DNA of 64,000 nt from Calditrichia bacterium (GCA_963796965.1 CAWCNS010000008.1:320001-384000), one strand, 5' to 3'. Shown: positions 9,289 to 20,573, counted from the stretch's first letter. The notes: a model not told the origin generated them from the sequence alone. A program made the numbers and translations.

Positions 9289-12112
9289 TTACTCAAACAC
9301 TATTCTCACATCATTTAAATAAGGTGTTGCACCACCATTTGGTGTAAGCAATCGCGCCCTGTATTGTATCCACATACCTTTCTTTTGCGTTATCGATTGG
9401 CCGGGTCGGTTAAACCATGACTTCTCACCGCTGGGACCCTGCCATTTTGCTTCAGCCAAGGCATTTTCAGATTCAGCCATTCTGATCTGAAATTTCACAG
9501 AAGTACCAAAGGGTGTATCCACCTTCCAGTTTATAGTTGACGGTTTTAAGATTTCACCGGTATGAAAGGCAGATGAAATATAGTCTTCATAAAACCCGCG
9601 ATCATAGCTATTCCCAGGATCGCGTACATTTAAGCCGCTCGGACCTGCAACCTCTATCTCCCAACGCCGCTCGTCCGAGAACCCATCTTTTCCTCCCCAA
9701 TAAAGCATCGATGGTGTGGTATGTTTGTGAGGTATGGGCTCAATAATAGAACCCGCCCGGCGGTGATTGGCTACCAGAATATCCAACCATCCATCACCAT
9801 CATAGTCAGCAGCCTCAGACCCTGAAGCACCATAAGTTTTTAATGCCATTGGGTCACGGTTTGAGAATCCACTTGCACTTCCCCAGTGAATGAGAGAGGG
9901 ACGATTTCCCTTGAGATCTGTTCCGTAACTGGCCAAAAAGATATCAAGCCACCCATCACGATCAAAATCGGCAATACTATTCTCATAGGGTATATTCGCT
10001 TCTATCTCAATCCTGTTATCCGCTAAAAATCCTGTGGAAGAGCCATAATAGATAAAAGATGTATTATAGTTCTGATGGGGCCGACGTTTTGGCAGGAACA
10101 GATCAAGCCAACCATCCTTATTCAAATCCGCACCTTTTATATACATCAAATGATCAGGACGGCCTAAATCAATTTCCGTGAATTCTGTATCACTAAAACC
10201 GGATGAACTTCCCCACCAGATTTTAATTTTACCATCTTCCACCTGTCCGCAAATATCCAACCAGCTATCCTTATTTAAATCCATGAGCAGGGGTGCTCTC
10301 ATTTTTTCAATGTCATGATGAATGATCTGCCTGTTTTGGTGAACAAATCCCTGTTTTGATCCCCAAAAAATCGGAATTCCATGCTTATCCGGGTTTTTCA
10401 GATCAATTGCTGAGCCTCCAGAGAGCATATCGAGATAGCCATCTTTATTTATATCAGCAATTCTCACACCCCCATAGGCAGTCTGCATGGTCAGACGTGA
10501 AGAACTATTAAAGTCTTTTGAACCACCCCAATTAATAATTAAACCATTCTGTTCATGGGGAATGCGGTACATAAAGCGTTCATTGGCAAAAACCAGATCC
10601 ACATGACCATCGTCATCTAGATCAGCATGGCTTTGCCCGAAAATATGATGTGTGTGCAACGCTGTTTGCCGTGAACTTGAGAAATCTCGTGTACCATCTC
10701 CCCAATAAATATGAGACATGGTTGGACCGTCCCGGAAATATCCCTCTTCATTGAAAAACACCACATCATCATCGACTATCATTATTGACATCTCCGGTCG
10801 TAGTAGCAAGCGTACCCATGGTAAGCAGCTGTGTATGATTCCCGTGATAAAAAACGCCTTTATCATTCCAATAAATATAGGAACACAGATTCTGTTGATT
10901 GGTAATACGTTGATTGCCGACAACAATATCAGGATATCCATCCTTATTTAAATCACAACTAGTAATCCCACTGGCCGCGAAGGTAGGTAAGCCGACCCTA
11001 TTTTTTTCAGAGATTAAGCCCTTTTCGGAATAGAAAATATAGGAATCCGTCCAGGTCGCGCCCCCTGGAGTAGCGGCATTTGCGACAATGACATCATCAT
11101 ATCCATCGAGATTCAAATCAGACAGAGCAACATCAGTGGGCTGGCTAATGGAAAGCCGGTAGGCGTTTTTATAATCAAATTTTCCACTTTTGCTTTGTAT
11201 GATGATGACAGATTGCTTAGAACAAATCGCTAAATCAAATGAGGAATCATTATTGATATCCCCTAAAGAAAGTGCATTGCCATTAACAGGGAAGGTTTCC
11301 CATTGTGTTGTATCCCCATAAGCATCCTGCCCGGAGAGCAGTAAATATGTTTTTCCGGCAGCAAGAGCAACCAAATCATCGGTTTGGTCATTGTCCAGAT
11401 CAGCAGTGGCAAATGCATTGGCACCTTTCCCTTCAAATACCAGGGGCATGCGATTTTCCGGGTGAAAGCCCTCCTTTGAGTTCCAATAAATGAAGCTCAT
11501 CATAGGACCTTCAGGAGCAATAATGCTTCCTGCCTGCCATTGACAGGCTATGGCCAAATCAACCCAGCTATCGTTATTAAAATCACCGGCGACAATGGCT
11601 TTTCCATGGTAGGCTGGTAATTCAATGCGATTTGATGGCGAGAACCCCTCCGCAGATCCGTACCAAATCCAGGCATTTACACGGCTAAAATGGCTATCAG
11701 CCGCGTTCGCAATGGCCAGATCATTAAATCCATCTTTATTAAAATCAGCAACAAGACCATCCCGGGAGCCCCCACCGGGAAGTTCGATACGCTGCCGTCC
11801 ATCGACTTGTCCCTGAGAATTTAAATAAATATAAGTATTTTCTTTTTCTGTATGCCCATGACCACTTGTTAATAAAATATCAAGATTACCATCATTATTA
11901 AAATCCCAGCGATTTATTATTTGGATGCGACCCTTTGCAGATACATAAAGATTGCTTCCGGCGTCCAAAAATGATCCATCTCTAAAATCCTCAAATGAGT
12001 TTTCTACCCATGTGTTTTGGGCAAATAGTTGAGGGGCAAGAAGGATAGGGAGGAGAACCCAAAACAGAAATAAAAGGGACCTCACCACTTTCTTTGTGCT
12101 GGGGTTAACCAT
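9289..12112 (-). CDS. Secreted FG-GAP/VCBS repeat protein (paralog 1); frameshift near 10790
   Basis: ORFs 10769..12178 and 9289..10941 join. Many DxNxDGxxD repeats with IYWG motifs, and a signal peptide after MVNPS. Confidence 0.85.
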
Positions 12113-12116
12113 TTGC

Positions 12117-13823
12117 CTATCTATCATATGAAATCTCGCTTTTCTTGACAGTAATATTTCCTTTGTTTTCATTATCAATGTTGAGAATCTTGTAGGTTAC
12201 CGTTGGATCAGGAAGGGTAGTATTAAAAGTTAGGTATCCAAAGGACTGCTTTTCATTATATCCAAAAAGTGCATTTGGCATTAATTCATGGCTGTGTTGA
12301 TTGGTCAAACGGGAACTTTCAAACTCATACAAAGGATAGGAATTTTTATAATCAATCCGCCAGGCATCAGATCTGTGTCGATCGGCAGAGAGGAGTATAA
12401 CACCATCTATTTTATTACCGACCAGAAAATCAAAAATCTCATTCCGCTCATTTCGGAATCCATTCCAGGTATCGCGTGCTTCACCCTTTGAAGCAAAGGT
12501 CCAGGGTACAGGTGAGGCAATAACTTTAAAGGTGGCCTCAGATTGGGACAGAGCATCCAAGAGCCATTTTTTCTGATTTGGTCCCAACATGGTTGGATTA
12601 TCCTCAAATGGATTAGTGCGATAGAATCGTCCATCCAGCATAAAGAAGTCAATATCAGCAATAGAAAAACGGGTCCAGCAACCGGGCCAATCTGTATTCC
12701 CATAGCTGGGATTGATCCAATTCTGTTTAAATACCTCCATCAAAGGCATCTTCCATGCGGGTTTATCTTTATAGGGGCCTAACCAGGTGTCATCAGTCGC
12801 TGCATCATGATCATCCCAAATGGCATAAACCGGCGTTGAAGAAACAAGTCTGCGAAATTCCGGACGGGACTGCCGGCGATAGTAGGTATAATAATGTACC
12901 CCGTTGGGCATCTCCGGCATATTGATGTAAACATTATCTCCGAGGAACAAGAAAGCATCAGGTCCATTATTATTAATGACATCCCACATACGCTCATTCT
13001 CAGGTACATAGCCGGCACCACCGCCGAATCCAATGGTTATCTCAGCCCCCCCTTTTCCCGAGGGATAGGTTTGGAACGACGGATAAGCAGGCGCTAAGGT
13101 GGACTCTCCATCAACTAAAATATCATAGTAGTATAGAGTCTCAGGTTTCAGTTCTGAAACATCGAGAATCGCTGTGTAATCCATACGTTTATTAGTTCTG
13201 ACCACTTCTGATTTAAGTTTTTTTACTGTATCCTTGCTCTGACCTAATAGTACCTGGACATTTGCTTCTCTGGCGGTACGTACCCAGACACTAACCCCGT
13301 CATCTTTCATACGGCCTATCATTGGACCATGAATTAATGCGCGACCTCGCTCCTGTTCTAATTCTTTAAAAGCAGTAATTTGACTTAAAGCCTGTAATTC
13401 TTTTCGAGGACCGGCCTGGAATCTTTCGAATGGTAAACCACGATCAAGCGCTTCATTGACGTTTTTTATAGCCTCATTCTCCTGATTTAGCTGGGCCCGG
13501 GCTATGGCAAGATTGTACAAGGATTCTAGATCATTCGGATCGTCCTCAAGTAATTCCATGCAATAGTCAATAGTTTCCTGCGGGCGGCCTTCGACAATAT
13601 CCAGCATCTGACGCTGGCCACGGCGTTTATAGAATCTTTTATTATGTTCGTAAAAGAAACGCCGGTTCCATTCATTTTCACTGCCATAATAGGGTCTGTC
13701 AGAGCCTTCCAGGTAGGCATCCGGGGGCGCAAACTCCCCCATTTCTTCTTTTCCTAACTCCGTTTCACAATTAAAAAAAATAAATATCATGGGAATGAGT
13801 ACAATAAAATATTTAGATTTCAT
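12117..13823 (-). CDS. PhoD-family alkaline phosphatase D lipoprotein with an N-terminal TPR-like region
   Basis: GDNVY, WDDHD, LDGR, SADRH metallophosphatase motifs. Lipobox FFNC after MKSKY. Confidence 0.85.
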   Translation of the reverse strand: MKSKYFIVLIPMIFIFFNCETELGKEEMGEFAPPDAYLEGSDRPYYGSENEWNRRFFYEHNKRFYKRRGQRQMLDIVEGRPQETIDYCMELLEDDPNDLESLYNLAIARAQLNQENEAIKNVNEALDRGLPFERFQAGPRKELQALSQITAFKELEQERGRALIHGPMIGRMKDDGVSVWVRTAREANVQVLLGQSKDTVKKLKSEVVRTNKRMDYTAILDVSELKPETLYYYDILVDGESTLAPAYPSFQTYPSGKGGAEITIGFGGGAGYVPENERMWDVINNNGPDAFLFLGDNVYINMPEMPNGVHYYTYYRRQSRPEFRRLVSSTPVYAIWDDHDAATDDTWLGPYKDKPAWKMPLMEVFKQNWINPSYGNTDWPGCWTRFSIADIDFFMLDGRFYRTNPFEDNPTMLGPNQKKWLLDALSQSEATFKVIASPVPWTFASKGEARDTWNGFRNERNEIFDFLVGNKIDGVILLSADRHRSDAWRIDYKNSYPLYEFESSRLTNQHSHELMPNALFGYNEKQSFGYLTFNTTLPDPTVTYKILNIDNENKGNITVKKSEISYDR

Positions 13824-13861
13824 TTTTCTCTCATTTCTTATGGTAAACGAATTATTTTTAT

Positions 13862-13960
13862 TAACCACAAAGGACACTAAGAAGACACCAAGATCACAAA
13901 GTTCCTATTATATATTTTTTCTTTGAGAACTTTGTGCTTCCTTTGAGCACTTTGTGGTTA
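13862..13960. repeat. Palindromic element, TAACCACAAAG family
   Basis: TAACCACAAAG...(CAC.AAG submotifs)...AT-rich spacer...CTTTGTGGTTA. Confidence 0.8.
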
Positions 13961-14026
13961 GGTCTTTAGAATTATTCTATAAAGATTCTAATATTTTATC
14001 CCGCATCACGTATCTCATATCCCAGA

Positions 14027-15733
14027 TCATTTATACTCTCTTCCATCCGGCGGATAGGGAACCTTCGTAATTGTCTGCTTGTGTTTCACTGGCTTATAAT
14101 TATTAGGCCTTTTAACCGTATAGGTAATATCATCTAAATAAACGTCTACATACTTTCCGCCTTTTCGTGGATTCAAAATCCCAAACCGATCAAATGTGGA
14201 ACCGATCTGACGCTGTTCTTTGGTTAGATCAGCCATAAACGAAGTTGTATCCAGGGTAACGGTAATCCGCCCTGCCAACCCTGCCTCCGGATCATACTTA
14301 AAACTAAAGGGACGTTTAATACGATCCGGAATATAAATAGGACCGTGATTTTCAATACTGATATCCTGTCGGGGTGAACAAACCGCTGTAAAATAATAAC
14401 CGGCCTGGGTCTGGTCCATTACTTCCAATCCAAGATATTGATGGGGAGGATTTCCTTTGTACTCACCCTGAACCTCGGCCAATTTTTCCTTTCGGTTAAA
14501 ATATCCCACAAGCATTCGCCCATCAACAGCACCTTCGGGGAAATTGATCATACCTGAAAATTCAATAGGATCTTCAAGGGTTAGTTTCCCTATATCATCA
14601 GCATAATAACCATGCCAGGGATCTTTGACCTCAGTACCCCAAAACCGGCCACCGATCTCCCCGGCAGATTTACCGGCCCAGTTAGTTTGGGAGAAGCCAA
14701 AATTCTGCCGGGCATGGAAGTCGCCCTGAATAAAGGTTTCACGGTTCCCCTCACCGGGCCAGTGGGGATTTTGAGACAAATCAATTTTCTGTTCATTCAC
14801 AACAAGACCAGAGATATAAAACTCCATGCTACCATGGTAGACCTGCATATTATAAATGCCAAAACGGTTAATGATACTTTCATGATCGCTATGGCCCGGA
14901 AGCAAAAAGAAACTGACCGGTGCATAATCATCAAAGTAGAAGGTGATTTTCCCCTTCATGCCTGCCGGATTTCTTTCAATATCCCAGAGATGATAGGAGC
15001 CTTTACGATACCAGTGGTCTATCAAACCGTCATCACGGGCCCTGAGGAGTAAGGCATGAAGATCCTCCCGCTTTAAATTGGGTTCATCCTTTAAGGCCCT
15101 TTCATAGATCTTATCTTCATGAACATTGGACTTCTCAGTGATCCATTTAGGTAACCTCGGATCCGGCCAGGTATCGGCGACCTTTGCCTCAGGATCATAT
15201 TCGAGCTTCCAGTCATGAACTGAGCCATCACAGGGAATTTCAATATCAGGATTGAGGATCGCTCCCCGCGCTTTACCGGTTTTATAATCAAGATGAAATC
15301 TGGATTGGCCGTTTTTAACCTTCCCCATACGGAAGCCAAAAGATGACCAAACCCGCCATCCCTGACGCTCTGCATTAAAAAATCCAATATAGAAACCCTC
15401 GCCCTCTTTTGGTGGGCCAATCAATGCCAATTTACCGGACGCGGATAGTTTATCTTTAAAGGAATAGGGGCCAAGGGGCATGGCATAGTAGGCAGGTGTG
15501 GTGGACTTCCATATTGTACCACCTATTTCACCAGGACCTTGCCCGGTTTTATTGGTAGGATTCCAGCCAAAGTCCTGGGTGATGGTCGGACAATCCGAGC
15601 ATTCGATACGGTTATGATAATTTTCCCACCCCGGATCCTGATCGAAACTTTGATTGATTTGTGTAATCTCCTGGGCTTGTACAGGAACGATTATCAATAT
15701 GGATACGATGGCTAAAAGGGATAGATATTTCAT
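14027..15733 (-). CDS. Secreted hypothetical protein made of two tandem homologous domains
   Basis: Signal peptide, plus duplicated motifs Q.FG...TN..G...GEIGG..W, YYA, YDP and RFGI.N. Confidence 0.8.
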   Translation of the reverse strand: MKYLSLLAIVSILIIVPVQAQEITQINQSFDQDPGWENYHNRIECSDCPTITQDFGWNPTNKTGQGPGEIGGTIWKSTTPAYYAMPLGPYSFKDKLSASGKLALIGPPKEGEGFYIGFFNAERQGWRVWSSFGFRMGKVKNGQSRFHLDYKTGKARGAILNPDIEIPCDGSVHDWKLEYDPEAKVADTWPDPRLPKWITEKSNVHEDKIYERALKDEPNLKREDLHALLLRARDDGLIDHWYRKGSYHLWDIERNPAGMKGKITFYFDDYAPVSFFLLPGHSDHESIINRFGIYNMQVYHGSMEFYISGLVVNEQKIDLSQNPHWPGEGNRETFIQGDFHARQNFGFSQTNWAGKSAGEIGGRFWGTEVKDPWHGYYADDIGKLTLEDPIEFSGMINFPEGAVDGRMLVGYFNRKEKLAEVQGEYKGNPPHQYLGLEVMDQTQAGYYFTAVCSPRQDISIENHGPIYIPDRIKRPFSFKYDPEAGLAGRITVTLDTTSFMADLTKEQRQIGSTFDRFGILNPRKGGKYVDVYLDDITYTVKRPNNYKPVKHKQTITKVPYPPDGREYK

Positions 15734-15768
15734 AGTTTATTATCCTATTCTGGGTGATGATGGCACAT

Positions 15769-15799
15769 GATATAGTCCATCTCAAAGATGGACTATATC
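15769..15799. repeat. Perfect 14-bp-stem REP-like hairpin (copy A)
   Basis: GATATAGTCCATCT-CAA-AGATGGACTATATC. Confidence 0.8.
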
Positions 15800-15835
15800 G
15801 CAAAGATACGATCTATTTTAATTATAAATCGACGT

Positions 15836-15935
15836 AGATCCGGGAACAAGTCATCCTTCTAAAGGAATGTCTTCAGCAGAAGGAGAACTTTGGACAGAAT
15901 GACATTCTAGTCATCCCGAATTTGGTTCGGGATCT
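15836..15935. repeat. Inverted pair of GTCAT...GATCT REP-like units, the left one interrupted by a nested hairpin
   Basis: GTCATCCCGAATTTGGTTCGGGATCT (15910-15935) facing AGATCCGGGAACAAGT[insert containing TCCTTCT..AGAAGGA]CAGAATGAC. Confidence 0.65.
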
Positions 15936-15946
15936 CGAGAGCAAGA

Positions 15947-17359
15947 TTAATTCTGTAAGTCAAAACCAAAGATTTGTGCATTTTGAAGTTCAATTTCTAA
16001 ACAAATCGTTTGACCTTGCAAACTTGCGAAATCTCCCTTCCAATTGACTGGAATATCAACATCGTCACCTTTGACATCGATCCAACCAAATCCACTAAGA
16101 GGGGATCCATCAGATTCAATAAGCCGCATGCGCATATTTCCCACAACCTTTGCATTGACCGTCATGGTCTTTCCCTGAATAGAGACTGGCTTGCTGATCA
16201 ACTTGCCCGGAACGATTGAGGCTTCATAGGCAACATATCGGTCACGGGGCATGATGGCCAGACCTATTTGCCGCTCATTAAAACGATCAACCTTATGTCC
16301 ATGGGCATATCCACCATAGTAAACATACGTTTTATCGTCTACGATAATCTGCTCATCACCCCAGACATGGGCATGATCCCAGGTTCCCGGAATCATATTT
16401 CTATCTAAAAATGGCTGATGATCGCGCTGCCAGGTACGTCCATCCCGACTCCAGGCAAGAACTGTATATCCCAACCCAGCAGCCTTACGATTCATATCGC
16501 CCATTTGTTTCCCGGTTTTACCCGGGGTGGCATTAATATCATCCCTCAGAATTTTTACCAAACCAATGAGCAAATCTCCTCGGGTTATAACGCCAGACAT
16601 GGCATAGAACTGGGTCTCACCTTTTTCTATCGGCGCACCTATTTTACCCGTCATGATTGGCCAAGGTTCTTCCCATTTCATCAGGTCTTTACTAACACTT
16701 TGGTGCGGCGTGCGCTGATTATCATTCCATTCATCGTTGCGTTTCCATACAGAAACAATGGCCAGATAGTGCTCACGAATGGGATCCCAATGCATTGAGG
16801 ATATATCATGATTATGCTTCAGGGGTGCCTCGGGTTTGATTGGTTTCCAGTCAAATCCATCCGCAGAAGTGGAAATCATCATTCCATCCGTCATATAGGT
16901 AGCCAAAACATAGCGTTTCGCCGGATCAGTATTAACCATCCCCTGGTCTAAAACTGTGACACCAAATTTTATTTTATGCGGATCTTTTAAAACCCGATGC
17001 GGACGGATCCAGTTGATGCCATCTTCAGATTCGAGATAACCAATATGTGATTGACTTTTATGCTCCGGGGTATTGTACCACATTCGAAATCGATCTGTTT
17101 TATCATCCCTAAGTACAGACATATAGGGCTGGAAATTATCATCACCACCCTTTTTTCCGCTAATGATCGGCTCAGGCAGTTTCTCCGGATTATTTACCGT
17201 CCGGCTTAAAAATGATTTCTCGGCAACCAGATAATCATCAATAAACAGATGCAGCCCTGTTTTTAATACGATTGCTTCATCATTAGTCTTTTGACTACAA
17301 CCTGTAATTATCTGGCCAAGCACCAGAATAAGCGTCAATCCAAATACATATTTTTTCAT
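15947..17359 (-). CDS. Lipoprotein, beta-propeller glycoside-hydrolase-like (GH32/GH43-like fold), unknown specificity
   Basis: Likely start MKKYVFG with an SD and lipobox ITGC. Repeats ESEDGINW, SADGFDW, SKDLMKW, SRDGRTW. The N-terminal extension in the ORF track merely reads through a repeat. Confidence 0.7.
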   Translation of the reverse strand: MKKYVFGLTLILVLGQIITGCSQKTNDEAIVLKTGLHLFIDDYLVAEKSFLSRTVNNPEKLPEPIISGKKGGDDNFQPYMSVLRDDKTDRFRMWYNTPEHKSQSHIGYLESEDGINWIRPHRVLKDPHKIKFGVTVLDQGMVNTDPAKRYVLATYMTDGMMISTSADGFDWKPIKPEAPLKHNHDISSMHWDPIREHYLAIVSVWKRNDEWNDNQRTPHQSVSKDLMKWEEPWPIMTGKIGAPIEKGETQFYAMSGVITRGDLLIGLVKILRDDINATPGKTGKQMGDMNRKAAGLGYTVLAWSRDGRTWQRDHQPFLDRNMIPGTWDHAHVWGDEQIIVDDKTYVYYGGYAHGHKVDRFNERQIGLAIMPRDRYVAYEASIVPGKLISKPVSIQGKTMTVNAKVVGNMRMRLIESDGSPLSGFGWIDVKGDDVDIPVNWKGDFASLQGQTICLEIELQNAQIFGFDLQN

Positions 17360-17388
17360 CGTAATTTTTACTCCTATGTAATTTTCTT

Positions 17389-17540
17389 TCTCACGCAGCG
17401 ACGCAACGACGCAGCGATATTTATAAATTTTTATTACATTTATACTCAACAATCTTAAAATTGAAGATTGATCTAATCGATTTATTAAAATATTTATACT
17501 TAAATGTATAATTATATTTTCGTTGCGGCGCTGCGTGAGA
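17389..17540. repeat. Palindromic element, TCTCACGCAG family
   Basis: TCTCACGCAGCGACGCAACG, ~100 bp AT-rich spacer, CGTTGCGGCGCTGCGTGAGA. Confidence 0.85.
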
Positions 17541-17547
17541 GCCATTG

Positions 17548-17578
17548 GATGTAGTCCATCTCTAAGATGGACTACATC
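17548..17578. repeat. Perfect 14-bp-stem GTAG REP-like hairpin (copy B), overlapping the aldolase stop codon
   Basis: GATGTAGTCCATCT-CTA-AGATGGACTACATC. Confidence 0.8.
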
Positions 17579-18507
17579 TCAGAAGAGATAAACTTCGTTA
17601 TATCTCCAAAATCAAAGGCCTTCATATCTTCCCTGATTTGTTTTTCTCTGTCTTCTCCCAATCGCGTCAACGGTGGCATCACCGTTGTACCACAAAGTCC
17701 ATATTCTGCGAGCATTACCTTCAACATGGCAATGACCTCACTCAGGACGATATCTTTCTGATGGAAATTAGCAATGGGATCAATCTGCGCCTGTAACTCC
17801 TCACTCCTCTCTCTTCTCTCTTCCCATACAGCGGTATATAGCTCAGAAAAAAGATGCGGTACCAAATTAGCCGTACTTGGAACAATACCATCAAACCCAC
17901 TTTCCAGAGCATACTGTGACTTGACCGTCCAGCCACTCAGAATTGAAAAGTCATCACGCCCAGCAAAGAGCGAAGCCAATTGATCCATCCTTTCTACAGA
18001 ACGTTCAGAATCTTTAAGGCCAACGATGTTTTCATGATGACTGAGTTGCTCAAGAACATCAAGAGGTATGGAAATTTTAGTTGTACCGGGGATATTATAG
18101 ATCATTACCGGTGCAGGCAGCCGGTCAGCGAGCGATTGATAAAATTTCAGAATTTGAATAGGTGTTAATGGATAATAGGGAGGCGGATGACAGACGAAAA
18201 CGTCTACCCCCAGATCGAAATATTGGTGGGCTTGTAATACGGAATTCTCTACACAGGTATCAGATATACCTGCATAGATGGGTGTTCTTTGATCTACAAA
18301 TTCGACAACCCTATCGATAAAAATTTTGCGTAGTTCCTCCGGAATTGATAGGCATTCGCCAGTTGTACCAAGAACAAATGGAATAGTGTTTGCCTTGATG
18401 AGGAAATTGAGAAGTTTCTCAAGAGATTGTGAATCTATATTTGCGGTTTCTTCAAATGGTGTAATCATCGGAATAATAACACCATGATATTTTTTCTGTT
18501 GATTCAT
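17572..18507 (-). CDS. DapA/NanA-family class I aldolase (paralog of 2607..3524)
   Basis: GVIIPMITPF, GTTGE, IYNIP, LSHH.NIVGLKDSER, DGIVPST.NLVP shared with copy 1. Confidence 0.9.
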   Translation of the reverse strand: MNQQKKYHGVIIPMITPFEETANIDSQSLEKLLNFLIKANTIPFVLGTTGECLSIPEELRKIFIDRVVEFVDQRTPIYAGISDTCVENSVLQAHQYFDLGVDVFVCHPPPYYPLTPIQILKFYQSLADRLPAPVMIYNIPGTTKISIPLDVLEQLSHHENIVGLKDSERSVERMDQLASLFAGRDDFSILSGWTVKSQYALESGFDGIVPSTANLVPHLFSELYTAVWEERRERSEELQAQIDPIANFHQKDIVLSEVIAMLKVMLAEYGLCGTTVMPPLTRLGEDREKQIREDMKAFDFGDITKFISSEM

Positions 18508-18882
18508 TAGTATCTCCGAACAGTAATTATTCAAATTCCGACGTTATATGTTCTCAGGATGTATAAATGTCACGAATCACTTGCCCTATCAAATTGTGGA
18601 AACAGATAAATTTACCAGGCTATATTGAGGAAAATTGATTAAATGATGTAAAAAACGAATCTCCATTAATGATAGATAAAAGAGATGTGGATGCTTGCCC
18701 TTGCCCAGATCCAACAATCTACAGGAATAATAAAAAGAGATTGTCCAACAACTTATGTCATCTATTTAGAAGCATTAATGACAGCAAGAATTCGGGTAGA
18801 GTGATATATAAAATCCTCCAACACTTTATTTCAGTTAACTCAGCCAGCACAAAATCTCTGATTGAATGATCATGCAAATATA

Positions 18883-18935
18883 ATTCTGAGAGAATAAAAA
18901 ATAAGAACTATTGGGTTCTAATTTTCTCTCAGAAT
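18883..18935 (-). terminator. Inverted repeat downstream of the lipoprotein gene, possible terminator
   Basis: ATTCTGAGAGAA / TTCTCTCAGAAT with an inner AGAAC/GTTCT stem. Confidence 0.4.
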
Positions 18936-19011
18936 ATCTAAGTCGATTCTATTATTCGCTTTAGATAAATGAACAATTCTCTTTAATATATGACACTGAC
19001 ATCGAACGCCG

Positions 19012-20573
19012 TTACTGAATCTGCCCATCAGCATCGACCTTCAGAATATACATATCAGAAGATCGGCTAAAACTTCTGGTTCCACCACTAATGATATATC
19101 CGTTGGGGGTATCTTCACGTACACAGGAAGCACCATCCCCACCATTTCCACCATAGTTTTCCTGCCAGAGCAATGTACCGGAATTATCGGTTTTTACAAT
19201 GTAGACATCTTCACCTTCATTAGCACTGAAGCTTTTTGAATTGCCAACGACCAAATATCCCTGATCGCTGGTACTAATAATTGATGAGCCGCCATCATTT
19301 CTGTCACCACCATAGGATTTCGCCCACTCTTCAATTCCGGCTGAATTAGTTTTAACCACATAAAGATCCTGGGCATTTATAACCGTATAGCCGGTCATAA
19401 CATAGCCACCATCATTAGATATGATCACATCTTTGGCCTCATCCCAGTCAGCACCGCCATAGGTATTCGTCCATTCCTCGTTTCCATCCGCATCGGTTTT
19501 TACCAGATAAAAATCAAAGCTCGCCGTGCCCTGAGACCCTGCAAACACATATCCACCGTCTGCCGTCTGTTTGACACCATGTGCATTCTCTCCTTCATAC
19601 GCGCCAGGTATTTTAGAGCCATAATTTTTTAACCATTCCTGACTAAAACTGCCATCAAGTTTAAGTAGCAAGGCATCGATAAAATCACCTTCTGTTGCCG
19701 TATTCTCTGTTTTTCCGGCCACAATATAACCACCGTCATTCGTCTTCTCAATAGCATAAGCGTAGTCTACTAATGTACCCCCATAGGTCGACCAGTTTTC
19801 CAGAATCCCGTTAGCATCTGTTTTTACAACATAAACTTTATTTGATGTAAGGTCAGAAGTGGCAGATCCACCGGCGGCAACAAATCCACCATCATCAGCG
19901 ATCACCACACTGCTAAATCCGGAAGTACCGGCACCTGGATATTTTTCTGTCCATTGAACATTCCCATAGCGGTCCAGAAGTGTGAGTGTAGCAACATTCC
20001 ATCCCAAGGCCAGCATCAAATGTACTGCCGGCGACAATAAATCCGCCATTATGTGTAATTCTAACAGATGAAGCGCCATCACTTTCCTGACTCCCTATTA
20101 TACGCTCAAAGGTAATGGAGGCACCAGAAGATTCCGTACCTCCTGCTAGAAGATCATAATAATCCGGACTCGTTTTGGCATTACTTTCAATTTTCACCTT
20201 CGCGGAGAACATACCACTCGACTGTGGATTAAAGTTTATGCCGATTATAGTTGATTCGATCTCACCTAATTCAATAGCCCCGGAGTCAACCACAGTGAAC
20301 AATTCCGTATCTGTTCCATCTAAAACTAATTGAGGTATCAATAATTTCTGATCACCGCTATTACTTATTTTAAATTCTCGATAAGTTCCCTGTCCGGCAG
20401 GAATCTGGCCAAAGTAAAGTTCTGGCTGTGGTGACACGACTACCTTGGGTCCTTCCGTTGTTGGTTCTGTGGATTCATTGTCAGATGAACACCCAATAAT
20501 ATGAAAGATTAAAGACGAGCAATATGAGTAAACCAGAATTCAGGCAAAATCTAAAATTTTGCGAAATTTTCAT
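19012..20573 (-). CDS. Lipoprotein with an Ig-like (ASH / choice-of-anchor-D-like) domain and beta-propeller repeats; about two frameshifts
   Basis: SD and ATG at 20573, lipobox IIGC, FGQI..G......I.NSG, then repeated T.DGGY...G and Y.VKTD..G...W...YGG. Confidence 0.7.

Noticed and set aside
17360..17545. N-terminal extension of the 532-aa ORF (also 13824-13877, 26094-26117, 43065-43247)
   Set aside because: These read through intergenic repeats. Downstream ATGs, most with an SD and signal peptide, are better starts.
2607..18507. Calling the DapA-family genes dapA or nanA
   Set aside because: There is no lysine-biosynthesis or nanE/nanK/nagA context, and specificity cannot be read from the motifs
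18669..18869. Short intergenic ORFs (also 33097-33351, 47760-48017, 50516-50797, 59409-59621) and antisense ORFs inside genes
   Set aside because: They have no recognisable motifs, and most are translations of repeats or shadows of real genes
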